DNA from: a virus
Virus record (IMG/VR): IMGVR_UViG_3300037225_000932
Span: 32,001-96,000 of that record
Reading direction: 5' to 3' (one strand)
Length of the DNA: 64,000 nt
Shown: positions 19,077-28,827 of the stretch, piece after piece
Numbering within the stretch: position 1 is the stretch's first letter
Layout of the letters: each line of letters opens with the position of its first letter
Program-made: the position numbers and the translations under genes
Notes under the pieces: model-generated
What the model saw: only the letters and a program-made list of their open reading frames with translations
Database searches by the model: none
What the model was told of the DNA's origin: nothing

Positions 19077-19904
19077 ATGAATAAAATAGATCTCCAAAAA
19101 ACCTGGGAAAATTATCAAGAGAATAAAGATGAATTATCTAAACACAAGTTGATAGAACATTATTATGAACTTGTAGAAAAAATAGCTAAAAACGTTAATA
19201 AAAAAATGAATAATAAAGTTTCAAAAGAAGAGCTTTCTTCTCATGGGGTTAGCGGATTATATAGAGCTATAGAAAAATTTGACAAAGACAGAAAAACTAA
19301 ATTTGAAACATATGCACATAGAAGAATACATGGATCAATGATTGATGGATTAAGATCAGAAGATTGGATTCCTAGAAGTGTAAGAGTTAGAAAAGATAAG
19401 CTAGAAAATGTGATACATAATTTAGAAACTAAAATTCAACACAAGGCTTCTTGTTCGGAAATATTACAAGAAGCCGGTATAACAGAAACAGAATACCATA
19501 AAAATTATAATAAATTTAATCCAAGAGCACTTTCTAGTATAGATAATTATACAGAAGACTATCAAGAAAATTCAGAAAATAATCTTGATTTTAATAAATA
19601 TTTAGAATCCAAAAAAACCTCAGCACCAGATTCTAAATTAATTAGAAAAGAATTTTTAAGTAAATTGTTAGGTAAAGACTTTTCTTCATTAGAACGAAAA
19701 ATAATATATTATTATTACTATGAAAAACTTACCATGAGAGAAATATCTATAAGAGTAGAAATGTCAGAATCAAGAATAAGTCAAATACATCAAGATATAC
19801 TAAAAAGGTTAAAAATAAAAATAGAACTTAATCCAAAATATTTTGAAAAAGATATCATTTCAATAATTTCAAAATGTAATCATAAAGATAGTTTTTTAAA
19901 ATAA
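19077..19904 (+). CDS. FliA/WhiG (sigma-28-like) RNA polymerase sigma factor
   Basis: GLYRAIEKFD, KFETYA..RIHGSMIDGLRSEDWIPRSVR, region 4 LTMREI...SESRISQIH. Confidence 0.9.
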   Translation: MNKIDLQKTWENYQENKDELSKHKLIEHYYELVEKIAKNVNKKMNNKVSKEELSSHGVSGLYRAIEKFDKDRKTKFETYAHRRIHGSMIDGLRSEDWIPRSVRVRKDKLENVIHNLETKIQHKASCSEILQEAGITETEYHKNYNKFNPRALSSIDNYTEDYQENSENNLDFNKYLESKKTSAPDSKLIRKEFLSKLLGKDFSSLERKIIYYYYYEKLTMREISIRVEMSESRISQIHQDILKRLKIKIELNPKYFEKDIISIISKCNHKDSFLK

Positions 19905-19937
19905 TAATTGCTAATAATATTAAAAGAGATATAATAT

Positions 19938-20453
19938 ATGTTGTTATTTTCTGAATATGATATACTGTCTGTCAAAACAGAAGCTATATCTGTTTTCTTA
20001 AGCAAAAGTGGAATTATGAAAAACGAGTTTTGTAGAAAACTTATAGAAATAGAGGGACAAGATATACAAAATACAATAAAAAATATAATAAATGATAAAA
20101 AAAACAATATAAAAATAGGAAGTTCTTTTTACGTTGTTCCAAAAAATAATATTATACAAAATATAAAATATATATATTTTTCTATTATAAAAAATTTTAC
20201 GATAGATACTATTAGTATATATGATTTAAATATAATATTTCAAAATGCTCTTCAACATTTTATAAGAAATAACATAAAATCAGTTTCATTTATTAATATG
20301 TCTGAAGAAATAATAGGACTAGAAAAGACTTATGTGGCTAATCTTATTATGGATATAGTTCAAAAAAATCATCATAGAATTAATATATCCCTTATGGATA
20401 AAGATAAAGATTTTATAAATTTGTTAAAAAATAATATTAGGATAGAAATGTGA
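19938..20453 (+). CDS. Hypothetical protein, possibly a degenerate macro domain
   Basis: Macro-like pattern (DILSVKTEAI...KYIYF...IKSVSF) without the Gly-rich loops. Confidence 0.35.
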   Translation: MLLFSEYDILSVKTEAISVFLSKSGIMKNEFCRKLIEIEGQDIQNTIKNIINDKKNNIKIGSSFYVVPKNNIIQNIKYIYFSIIKNFTIDTISIYDLNIIFQNALQHFIRNNIKSVSFINMSEEIIGLEKTYVANLIMDIVQKNHHRINISLMDKDKDFINLLKNNIRIEM

Positions 20454-21052
20454 GTATATTAAATAATCCAATGTTAATATTAAATAAGAGTTGGTTTCCC
20501 ATAAAAGTTAAAGATATTAAGGATGTTATAGGAAAACTATGTAATGGAAATGCTAAAATCATAGATGAAGATTTTATACAATATTCTTGGCAGGAATGGT
20601 TAGATAAATATTCAATTCCTCATGAGCAGGAAAAAAATATTAAATATGAATTTATTCGCGCAAAAAATTTTAGTGTAAAAAGTCCAAAAGTTATGATTTG
20701 CACAAAATATAACAAAGTTCCTAATATTAGTTTAAAATTAACTAGAAGAAATATTTTAATTAGAGATAGTTTTGCTTGTCAGTATTGTGAACAAAAGTTA
20801 AGTATGAGAAATTCAACATTAGATCATATTATCCCAAGATCTCGTGGAGGAAAAAATAGTTGGGAGAATTTGGTAATTTGCTGTATTTCGTGTAATACAA
20901 TAAAATCAGATAAAACATTAGAAGAAACAAAATTTAAATTATCTCATAAACCAGAAAAACCCAAGTGGAGCCCAATTTATTCTATTATGGTTAAAAAGTG
21001 GCCTAAAATATGGGATAAATTTATAAATACAGATAAATGGAATAAATTTTGA
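20450..21052 (+). CDS. HNH endonuclease
   Basis: RRNILIRD..CQYC, TLDHIIPRSRGG..WENLV.CC..CN..K. Confidence 0.9.
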   Translation: MSILNNPMLILNKSWFPIKVKDIKDVIGKLCNGNAKIIDEDFIQYSWQEWLDKYSIPHEQEKNIKYEFIRAKNFSVKSPKVMICTKYNKVPNISLKLTRRNILIRDSFACQYCEQKLSMRNSTLDHIIPRSRGGKNSWENLVICCISCNTIKSDKTLEETKFKLSHKPEKPKWSPIYSIMVKKWPKIWDKFINTDKWNKF

Positions 21053-21094
21053 TATTGGAATGTCGATATAATAGGATCTTAAAAATAAAATTCA

Positions 21095-21787
21095 ATGATA
21101 TTTAAAAAATTAAATAATTTTTCTATAAAGAATAGAAGTTCAGTTCGCAATTGGAAAACAAAAATGACAGGAACTCCCTGTTTTATTGTTGGCAATTCTC
21201 CTTCTTTAAATGATCATTTGATATATAAATTAGAACAATTTTTTACCATAGGAATTAATAGAGCTTTTAAGAAAATTGATACAACTATTTTGTTATGGCA
21301 GGATATAGAGCTTTATTATCAAGAAAGAAAAGAATTAACAAAATTAAAATCAATTTTATTTTCTAAAGACACAGCGGATCCTCCTGGTCTTGCTTATCAT
21401 TTTAGGCTTATAACTGGGAATTTTAAATTAACAGATAATCCATCTATTCTTTTTGGTAGTGGTAGCTCGGGTCCATTAGCTTTTCAATTGGCTTATATTT
21501 TAGGATGTGATCCTATTATATTAATAGGATATGATTGTCAGTATAAAAATAATATGACAGATTTTTATGGTAATAATAAAGATCATAAACCGCATACGCT
21601 AAAAAATTGTTCTCGTGGATTGGAATGGATTAAAGACTTAAAAATACATGACAGAAAAATAATCTCATGTTCAAAAAGTGAATGTTTTACTAATATAATG
21701 TCTATAGAAGAAGCAATAAAATACTGTTCAATAAAAGATAGCGGAAAAGGTAGAGAATTTTATAAGAATAAATTATTTTCTACTTAA
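21095..21787 (+). CDS. DUF115/MAF_flag10-like protein
   Basis: FIVGNSPSL, IGINR, SSG..AFQLAYILG...IILIGYD. Confidence 0.7.
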   Translation: MIFKKLNNFSIKNRSSVRNWKTKMTGTPCFIVGNSPSLNDHLIYKLEQFFTIGINRAFKKIDTTILLWQDIELYYQERKELTKLKSILFSKDTADPPGLAYHFRLITGNFKLTDNPSILFGSGSSGPLAFQLAYILGCDPIILIGYDCQYKNNMTDFYGNNKDHKPHTLKNCSRGLEWIKDLKIHDRKIISCSKSECFTNIMSIEEAIKYCSIKDSGKGREFYKNKLFST

Positions 21788-21803
21788 TAGATTTTAGGAG
21801 TTA

Positions 21804-23216
21804 ATGATGGAAAATTTGAATTTTTTAGAAGAATATAAAAATCAAAATAGTCTATTAGAATCAGAAAAAACTCAGATTTTATCTGAGGCTAGTTTATATC
21901 AAATTCAAAAAGTTTTAAACACTAAAAATAATAGTGTAGAAGAAAATATATACAATTCTTTTTTTAAGGGAAAATCTCCACATCTATATACTTTAAATGT
22001 TTCACAATATCTTCATAATATTTTACAATTTAATATGATTAAATTTTTTGAAAAAAATAATTTTAAAATTGTAAAAGATATTTTTATAAGAGATGGCTGT
22101 CAAATTATGACAGCTAAAAAGAATAAAATAGAAAGTAATACGGGACAATATTTTGACTCATATTGTGACGCTATGGTATTCCTTTGTAATAAAGAAAATA
22201 AAGATAATATGATAATAAAAATAGAAAAAAATTATTATGGAGACGGTAAAAATTATTATGAAATTTTATCTTTAGATGAAAATAAAGACTGGTTTGCTGA
22301 ATGGGTTAAATATAGTAAAGAGAACAATTTTTATAAAGGCAAAAAAATAGATGCTCATTGTAATTTTCTTTCTATAAATAAAAATATAACCTGGAACGAT
22401 TTAATTATTAAAAATAATATTGTTTTGGCAATAAAAAATAATATAGAAAATTTATTCACAAATAGAGAAATATTAAAGAAAAATAATATAGCTCTTAAGC
22501 GAGGTCTGATTATCGAAGGCTCAGCGGGTGGAGGTAAGACGATGATATGTAAAATAGTAGCAAAAGAGTTCTTTTCTACTGTCATTTATGTTTTGCCTTC
22601 TCATATTAAAGATGTCTCTGATATAAATAGAATTTGCGAAATGGCAAAAGATTTATCTCCAACTTTATTAATTATTGAAGATATAGATTATATAGCGAAA
22701 GATCGCGAAGGAGGATCGGACTGGTCTGTTATAGAACTTATGAATAAACTAGATGGACTTGAAGATTTTGAAAACGTTGTAACATTATCAACAACTAATA
22801 TGATAGAACGTATAGAGAAAGCTATAAAAAATAGACCAGGAAGATTTGATAGGATTATAAAAGTATCAAATCCAGATGAAGAATATCGTGAAAAAATGTT
22901 TAATAAATTTACAGAGAAATTTATTTTGGATAAAAATATTAACTTTAAAAAATATATAAAGATGACAGACGGTATGAGCGGGGCTTATATAAAAGATATA
23001 TGTATAACTGCTGCTCTTTTTGCTATATTTGAAAAAAGTTTAGATAAAAATGACATAGCTATAATAAAAGATAAATATATTTCTAATGCTATTAAGGAGA
23101 TAAAAGATAAAGACTTTTCTGCTTATATAGATAATAATTCTTCTGAATCTTTTGGTTTTGCTGGCACTCTTCCCAGAGTTGGGAGACCTGCTGGTCCATC
23201 TGAAGAAATATTTTAA
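21804..23216 (+). CDS. AAA+ ATPase
   Basis: Walker A GSAGGGKT, Walker B IIEDID, SRH TTN...RPGRFD. Confidence 0.9.
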   Translation: MMENLNFLEEYKNQNSLLESEKTQILSEASLYQIQKVLNTKNNSVEENIYNSFFKGKSPHLYTLNVSQYLHNILQFNMIKFFEKNNFKIVKDIFIRDGCQIMTAKKNKIESNTGQYFDSYCDAMVFLCNKENKDNMIIKIEKNYYGDGKNYYEILSLDENKDWFAEWVKYSKENNFYKGKKIDAHCNFLSINKNITWNDLIIKNNIVLAIKNNIENLFTNREILKKNNIALKRGLIIEGSAGGGKTMICKIVAKEFFSTVIYVLPSHIKDVSDINRICEMAKDLSPTLLIIEDIDYIAKDREGGSDWSVIELMNKLDGLEDFENVVTLSTTNMIERIEKAIKNRPGRFDRIIKVSNPDEEYREKMFNKFTEKFILDKNINFKKYIKMTDGMSGAYIKDICITAALFAIFEKSLDKNDIAIIKDKYISNAIKEIKDKDFSAYIDNNSSESFGFAGTLPRVGRPAGPSEEIF

Positions 23217-23360
23217 AAAATATTTCTAGATATAAAACCATATACATATATCAGTTATATTTTTTGTTATTAAAATACTAAAAATCAATAGAAGGAAAGA
23301 TTTTTTAGTATTTGAAAGTTAGTTGTTAAATATATAATTTTAGTGAGGATTTGAATAAAA

Positions 23361-25916
23361 ATGGATACAATTTTTCTTAACACTTTTTCGGAAGAGATTT
23401 GGACTGAAAACTATAGAGACACTAATGATAATACTGTTGATGAATCTTTTATGAGAGTAGCAAAATCTATGTCATCAGTAGAAATTAATGAAAAAAAAAG
23501 AAAAGAATGGGAAGATAATTTCTATGATATGTTATCTGATTTCAAAGCGACTGCTGGAGGAAGAATATATGCTAATGCCGGAACTGACTGGAAGGGGGTC
23601 ACGTTAATAAATTGTTTTACTGGCCCTAAACCAAAAAAAGACCAAGACTCAATAGAGGGCATATTAGAAACTTTACTATTTCAAACTAAAACCTTAAAAT
23701 CTGAAGGTGGATGGGGAATGAATTTTTCTTTTATAAGACCAAGAAATTCCTTTATATATGGTATTGGAGTTGAATCTCCTGGCTCTGTAAAATATATGGA
23801 ACTATTTGATAAAAGTTCTGATATAATTACTGCTGGGTCAGGAAGAAAAAGCGATAATAAAAAAGCAAAAAAGAAAATACGTAAGGGAGCAATGATGGGA
23901 GTCCTGGATGTTTGGCATCCAGACATAGAAGAATTTGTTAAAGCAAAACAGTCTGGAGAAAAATTAACCAAGTTTAATATATCAGTAAATTGTTCTAATG
24001 TTTTTATGAATAAAGTTATTAAAATTAAAGAACTTGAAGAACAAAAGGCTAAAGAAGAAGAAATAAAAAAATATGATGATTGGGATCTAATTTTTCCAGA
24101 AACAAGATTTGAAAAATATAAAGAAGAATGGGATGGGGATGTAAAAAGTTGGACAGATATGGGATATCCAATTATAACATATAAAACTATTTCTGTAAGA
24201 TATCTTTGGAATTTAATTATCAAATCTACATACAATAGGGCAGAACCAGGTATTTTATTTTGTGATATAGCTAATAAAACTCACACTTGGTATTATGGAG
24301 GTAAAAAAAGTTATATATCTTATAGTAACCCCTGTGGAGAACAGGTTATGCCACCTGGATCAATATGTGATTTAGGATCTTTAAATCTTGTAAAAATGTT
24401 AAATAAAGATAAAAGCGGATTTGATATTAAAAAAATAGAAAAATACACGAAATATCTTGTTAGATTTTTAGACAATGTAAATGATTATACTAAAACTCCA
24501 TTAAAAGAATATGATGAAGCTATAAGAAGAAGAAGAATAGGTTTAGGAATTTTAGGATGGGGATCTACTCTTTATCTGTTAAAAATAAGATTTGCTTCAG
24601 ATAAGGCTGAAAAAATAAAAGAAGAATTAATGAAGACTATATGCTATTCTGCGATAGAAGCATCTATAGATTTAGCCGAAGAAAAAGGTATGTTTGATGG
24701 ATGTGATCCTCAAAAACATGCTGAGTCTGAATTTTTTAAACAAATAGATTGTCCTAAATATTTGTTAGACAAAATGAAGAAGTTTGGGATTAGAAACTCA
24801 TCGTTATTTAGTATTCAACCAACAGGTGGAACTGGTATTTTTGCTAATATGGTATCTGGAGGATGTGAACCGGTTTTTTCTCCAAATTATATTAGAACTA
24901 CTATAGTTCCACAAATACCCGAAGAGATAAAAGATGTTTGTCCTAATTTTTATTCTGGAGAATTTTTTGAAACCTCAATGTTTAAATTTGAAAAAGAAGG
25001 TGATGAAACAATATTAAAAGGCAAAGACAAAAACGGAACAATGTATAAAATAGATAAAAGTAGAGGACTAACTAAAGAGGTTGAGTGTAAAGACTATGGA
25101 TATAAAATATTAGAAGAATTAGGAGAATGGGATAAAAATGCTGATTGGGCTGTAACTTCATCTGAGCTAAATGTAGAAGATCACTTAAGAGATTTAAAGG
25201 GATTTGCTAAATATTTAGACGCATCAGCAAGTAAAACTATATCTGTTCCTAATAATTATCCTTTCTATAAATTTGAGAATGTATATCTTGATGCTTATAA
25301 AACTGGTTATATAAAAGGAGTTACAACTTATAGAGTAGGAACGATGGCTAATGTCCTTTCAAGTGAAGAGCAGTCAAAACAAACAGCTATAAAAAATCAA
25401 GCTACTAAACGTCCAAAATCTCTTTCTTGTGATATTCATCACGTAAAAGTCACTAAAAGATTAGATAAAGTTAGGACTTTTGAATATCTTGTTATAGTAG
25501 GATCTCTAAACGATAAACCTTATGAAATTTTTGCTTGTGAGAATGGACAACTAGATAAAAAATATATTAAAGGTCAAATAATTAAATTAGAAAGGGGTAA
25601 ATATGATTTAGTTCTTGAAGATGATACAAAAATACATAACATAACAAAAGAAACTTCTGAAATGGAAGATGTTGTAACCAGGATGGTATCATTAAACTTA
25701 AGGCACGGTATTGATATATCTTTTATTGTGCAACAGCTTGAAAAATCTGGAGATATAGGCTCATTTAACAAAGCAATAGTAAGAGCTCTCAAAAAATATA
25801 TCAAAGATGGAGTAGTTGTGACTGGGGAAACATGTCCCAATTGTAAGAGTGAAAATCTTGTTCGTTCTGAAGGTTGTGTAAAATGTCAAGATTGTGGAAA
25901 TAGTAAATGTGGTTGA
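23361..25916 (+). CDS. nrdJ: Class II (adenosylcobalamin-dependent) ribonucleotide reductase
   Basis: TLINCF, NPCGEQ, CDLGSLNL, QPTG, KGVTTYR, C-terminal TSCPD and Zn ribbon; no small subunit in the window. Confidence 0.85.
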   Translation: MDTIFLNTFSEEIWTENYRDTNDNTVDESFMRVAKSMSSVEINEKKRKEWEDNFYDMLSDFKATAGGRIYANAGTDWKGVTLINCFTGPKPKKDQDSIEGILETLLFQTKTLKSEGGWGMNFSFIRPRNSFIYGIGVESPGSVKYMELFDKSSDIITAGSGRKSDNKKAKKKIRKGAMMGVLDVWHPDIEEFVKAKQSGEKLTKFNISVNCSNVFMNKVIKIKELEEQKAKEEEIKKYDDWDLIFPETRFEKYKEEWDGDVKSWTDMGYPIITYKTISVRYLWNLIIKSTYNRAEPGILFCDIANKTHTWYYGGKKSYISYSNPCGEQVMPPGSICDLGSLNLVKMLNKDKSGFDIKKIEKYTKYLVRFLDNVNDYTKTPLKEYDEAIRRRRIGLGILGWGSTLYLLKIRFASDKAEKIKEELMKTICYSAIEASIDLAEEKGMFDGCDPQKHAESEFFKQIDCPKYLLDKMKKFGIRNSSLFSIQPTGGTGIFANMVSGGCEPVFSPNYIRTTIVPQIPEEIKDVCPNFYSGEFFETSMFKFEKEGDETILKGKDKNGTMYKIDKSRGLTKEVECKDYGYKILEELGEWDKNADWAVTSSELNVEDHLRDLKGFAKYLDASASKTISVPNNYPFYKFENVYLDAYKTGYIKGVTTYRVGTMANVLSSEEQSKQTAIKNQATKRPKSLSCDIHHVKVTKRLDKVRTFEYLVIVGSLNDKPYEIFACENGQLDKKYIKGQIIKLERGKYDLVLEDDTKIHNITKETSEMEDVVTRMVSLNLRHGIDISFIVQQLEKSGDIGSFNKAIVRALKKYIKDGVVVTGETCPNCKSENLVRSEGCVKCQDCGNSKCG

Positions 25917-25929
25917 AAAGGAGAAAAAG

Positions 25930-26427
25930 ATGAGTGATTTAGTTTTAAAAGTAAAAAAAATACATCCAGAAGCACAATTGCCAAGAGCGGCACATATGTC
26001 TGATGCTGGATATGACTGTTTTGCTATTGATGATGGTATTCCAAAATACGATGATAAAACAGGAGTTTTGCTTTATGTTGAATATAAGACGGGTCTAGCT
26101 ATACAGCCTCCTAGTGGATATCATGTTGAATTGTTTCCAAGGTCAAGTATTACAAAAACCGGATTTATTTTAGCCAACAGTGTGGGTGTTGTTGATGAAG
26201 GTTTCTCTGGAGAAATAGTGTTTAGATTTAAGACTCCAATATCTCCTAATAGGCAAATACAGGGATTTGGAGCAAATTTATACAATAAAATGGGTCCCAG
26301 ATACTATAAAGGAGAGAGAATAGGGCAGATGATTGTTAGGAAAACTCACAAATTATCAATTGTGGAAGTTAAAGAACTAGATAAGACAGAAAGAGGAGAG
26401 GGAGGTTTTGGATCTACTGGAAAATAA
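25930..26427 (+). CDS. dut: Trimeric dUTPase
   Basis: DAGYD, PRSS, NSVGVVD, RIGQ, RGEGGFGSTG. Confidence 0.95.
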   Translation: MSDLVLKVKKIHPEAQLPRAAHMSDAGYDCFAIDDGIPKYDDKTGVLLYVEYKTGLAIQPPSGYHVELFPRSSITKTGFILANSVGVVDEGFSGEIVFRFKTPISPNRQIQGFGANLYNKMGPRYYKGERIGQMIVRKTHKLSIVEVKELDKTERGEGGFGSTGK

Positions 26428-26536
26428 ATTATATCTATATTTCTTAAAAGAAACATATTTAATAATAAAGGGAAAAATCATATTATTTCGAAATAACTAT
26501 AAGTATTAATGATGATTATTCATAAAGTTTATTAGT

Positions 26537-28450
26537 ATGTTTCCAGCAAAATATTTTACAAAAAAATATTATCTTGGTAAGTATTTTCCCCCAAACACTC
26601 AGGGTATTGTTGTTCCATCTGTTATAAATTTAACAAAAGATAATGTTTTATTTATATATAACACAAATAGTGTAGACAGCTATAATGTTGCTTTACATTA
26701 TCAAAATATTCACAAATTAAATGATGACCAATTAATATCTATAAACTGTTCTAATACAGAAATACTTTTAGATTATTCTCATTTCCAATCTGAAGTAGAA
26801 AATCCAATAAAAACTGCTATAAATAATTCCAACTATAATATTTATATCATAGTGTTAGGATATAATGTTCCTGGTGGTTTTTATGATAATATTGATATAA
26901 TTTCTTCAACCTCCAGAATATCAAGAATATTTCAAACATATAGCAAAAAAAAAGCAAATCCACTATATAATAGACAAATATCAAGAAGATATTTAACTAC
27001 TGATTATCCAAAAGTTATTATAGCATCAAGAATTGATGCTCCAACTGTAGATGATGCTAAAAATATGATAGGATATAGCAAGGAATACACTGATCAGCAT
27101 TATGTTAATGGAAGATTTTATTTTGATCCATTTTCTGACATATCAGGATATAATTCAGATGAATATTCTGTTGATCTATTAAGTTTTTATAATAATTTAC
27201 TTTTTGATTTAAGTCTAGAAGTGTCTTCTACTGTATTTCAAGATACATATATAGATGTTGTTACTCCTTATTTAAAACATGATTCTATATATTGGGGATG
27301 GCTTACAGATAGATCAGATATTACATTTTTTAAGAATACAGACACCTCAAGAGTCTTTTTTTATAATGCTGATTTCGATTCCTCTTTTACCGTTAGAAAT
27401 ACTTTAATAGGTAATTTTTCTCCATTAGCTATTAAATCAGGTTATATTTCGTTATCTGGATCTATGTCTTATCCTGGTTTTGATAGTTTTCTTAGACCTA
27501 CTCCATTTTTTGAATCAATAAATGATGGAGCTACTCTTGGAGAAGCTTTTCTTTTTGCTTGTCCATTTTTAGATTGGACGATAGCTCTATTTGGAGATCC
27601 TTTAATAAGAATTAATTTTCCTGTTAATTCAAATATAGCCAACTCTTCAGTTTTAAAAGATATTTCTTTAGACAATAAAGAAGATGCTTGGCTACAAATG
27701 AGTATTATTTTAGCAAAAGCTATGGCTAGATATATAAATTCTGAATATTCAGCATTTAATATAAGACAAACGATAATAGATAGTGTAGATGTTATGGAAG
27801 AGGTTAATTTGTTATATCAATCTCATAATTTAGTGTTAGATACAAATGAAAGTGTAAGAACTACAACTTTTAGTAAATTATGTTCATTACTTTTTAGTTT
27901 ACTGAAAAATGAGATTATGCCTCAATCTGAGATCGTAAATAATATCAAATTTATAGATATTAATTCTTATTTTGAATATAAAAATTATAAAATTAGTAAA
28001 TTATTATCTGATATTTGTTATCTTTCTCAGTCTGTTTCTAATGTCTCTAATGTTGATAATTCTTTTTTTGGAGTTTTTGGTATTCAAGATAAATATTTAT
28101 ATGATGAAGGTTATTGGGAATTTTTAACTCTTATAATTAATGAGATTGAAGATCAGGAATATTATCATTTTGAAATGGATATATCTGATAAAAACGATTT
28201 TTCTAATATATTATTATCATTAGACTCCTCTGTCAACCAGTCTAACTGGTTTTACGAATACAAAACAAACGAATATAAAAGTTTACCATCAAGCGGTATA
28301 TCTTCAGCATATGCTGGATTCAATATTAAATACATAAGTAAAATGTCAGAATATCTTCAAAGAGGAATAGTTTATTATTACAGAATAAGACAGAAAACAA
28401 ATTCTATAAAATATAGTTATATTATTTCAGAACAGGTTATATACACATGA
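26537..28450 (+). CDS. TIGR03790-like protein with a C-terminal beta-rich domain
   Basis: FIYNTNSVDS..VA.HY, SRIDAP, GATLGEA...W....FGDPL. Confidence 0.65.
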   Translation: MFPAKYFTKKYYLGKYFPPNTQGIVVPSVINLTKDNVLFIYNTNSVDSYNVALHYQNIHKLNDDQLISINCSNTEILLDYSHFQSEVENPIKTAINNSNYNIYIIVLGYNVPGGFYDNIDIISSTSRISRIFQTYSKKKANPLYNRQISRRYLTTDYPKVIIASRIDAPTVDDAKNMIGYSKEYTDQHYVNGRFYFDPFSDISGYNSDEYSVDLLSFYNNLLFDLSLEVSSTVFQDTYIDVVTPYLKHDSIYWGWLTDRSDITFFKNTDTSRVFFYNADFDSSFTVRNTLIGNFSPLAIKSGYISLSGSMSYPGFDSFLRPTPFFESINDGATLGEAFLFACPFLDWTIALFGDPLIRINFPVNSNIANSSVLKDISLDNKEDAWLQMSIILAKAMARYINSEYSAFNIRQTIIDSVDVMEEVNLLYQSHNLVLDTNESVRTTTFSKLCSLLFSLLKNEIMPQSEIVNNIKFIDINSYFEYKNYKISKLLSDICYLSQSVSNVSNVDNSFFGVFGIQDKYLYDEGYWEFLTLIINEIEDQEYYHFEMDISDKNDFSNILLSLDSSVNQSNWFYEYKTNEYKSLPSSGISSAYAGFNIKYISKMSEYLQRGIVYYYRIRQKTNSIKYSYIISEQVIYT

Positions 28451-28824
28451 GCATTTCTTCTTTAGACTATAAAAGTATATCAGACAATATCTCTGATTTT
28501 ATAGATCAATACATAAATATGTATAATGATCTAAATAATATATTATCTTTAAATAATTCAATATCATCTAGTCTAATGAATTCATATACATATGCTATTG
28601 AAAATCAAACCAATCTAATGTTATTAGATATAAAAACTAATAACACAATATTGTATTCAGAAGATTTAAAATCTTTAGGTAATTCTTTACAAAATCATAT
28701 TATAAACTATTATGGAGATATTAATTCTTTTTTGAATAATAATTCGCTAAAAGTCAAACAGACTTTTGCTGATTTTTCTAATAGTTTAGGATATGAAATA
28801 GACCCATCAAATATAGAAATATAA
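28447..28824 (+). CDS. Hypothetical protein
   Basis: ATGA-coupled ORF upstream of the terminase. Confidence 0.6.
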   Translation: MSISSLDYKSISDNISDFIDQYINMYNDLNNILSLNNSISSSLMNSYTYAIENQTNLMLLDIKTNNTILYSEDLKSLGNSLQNHIINYYGDINSFLNNNSLKVKQTFADFSNSLGYEIDPSNIEI

Positions 28825-28827
28825 AAA

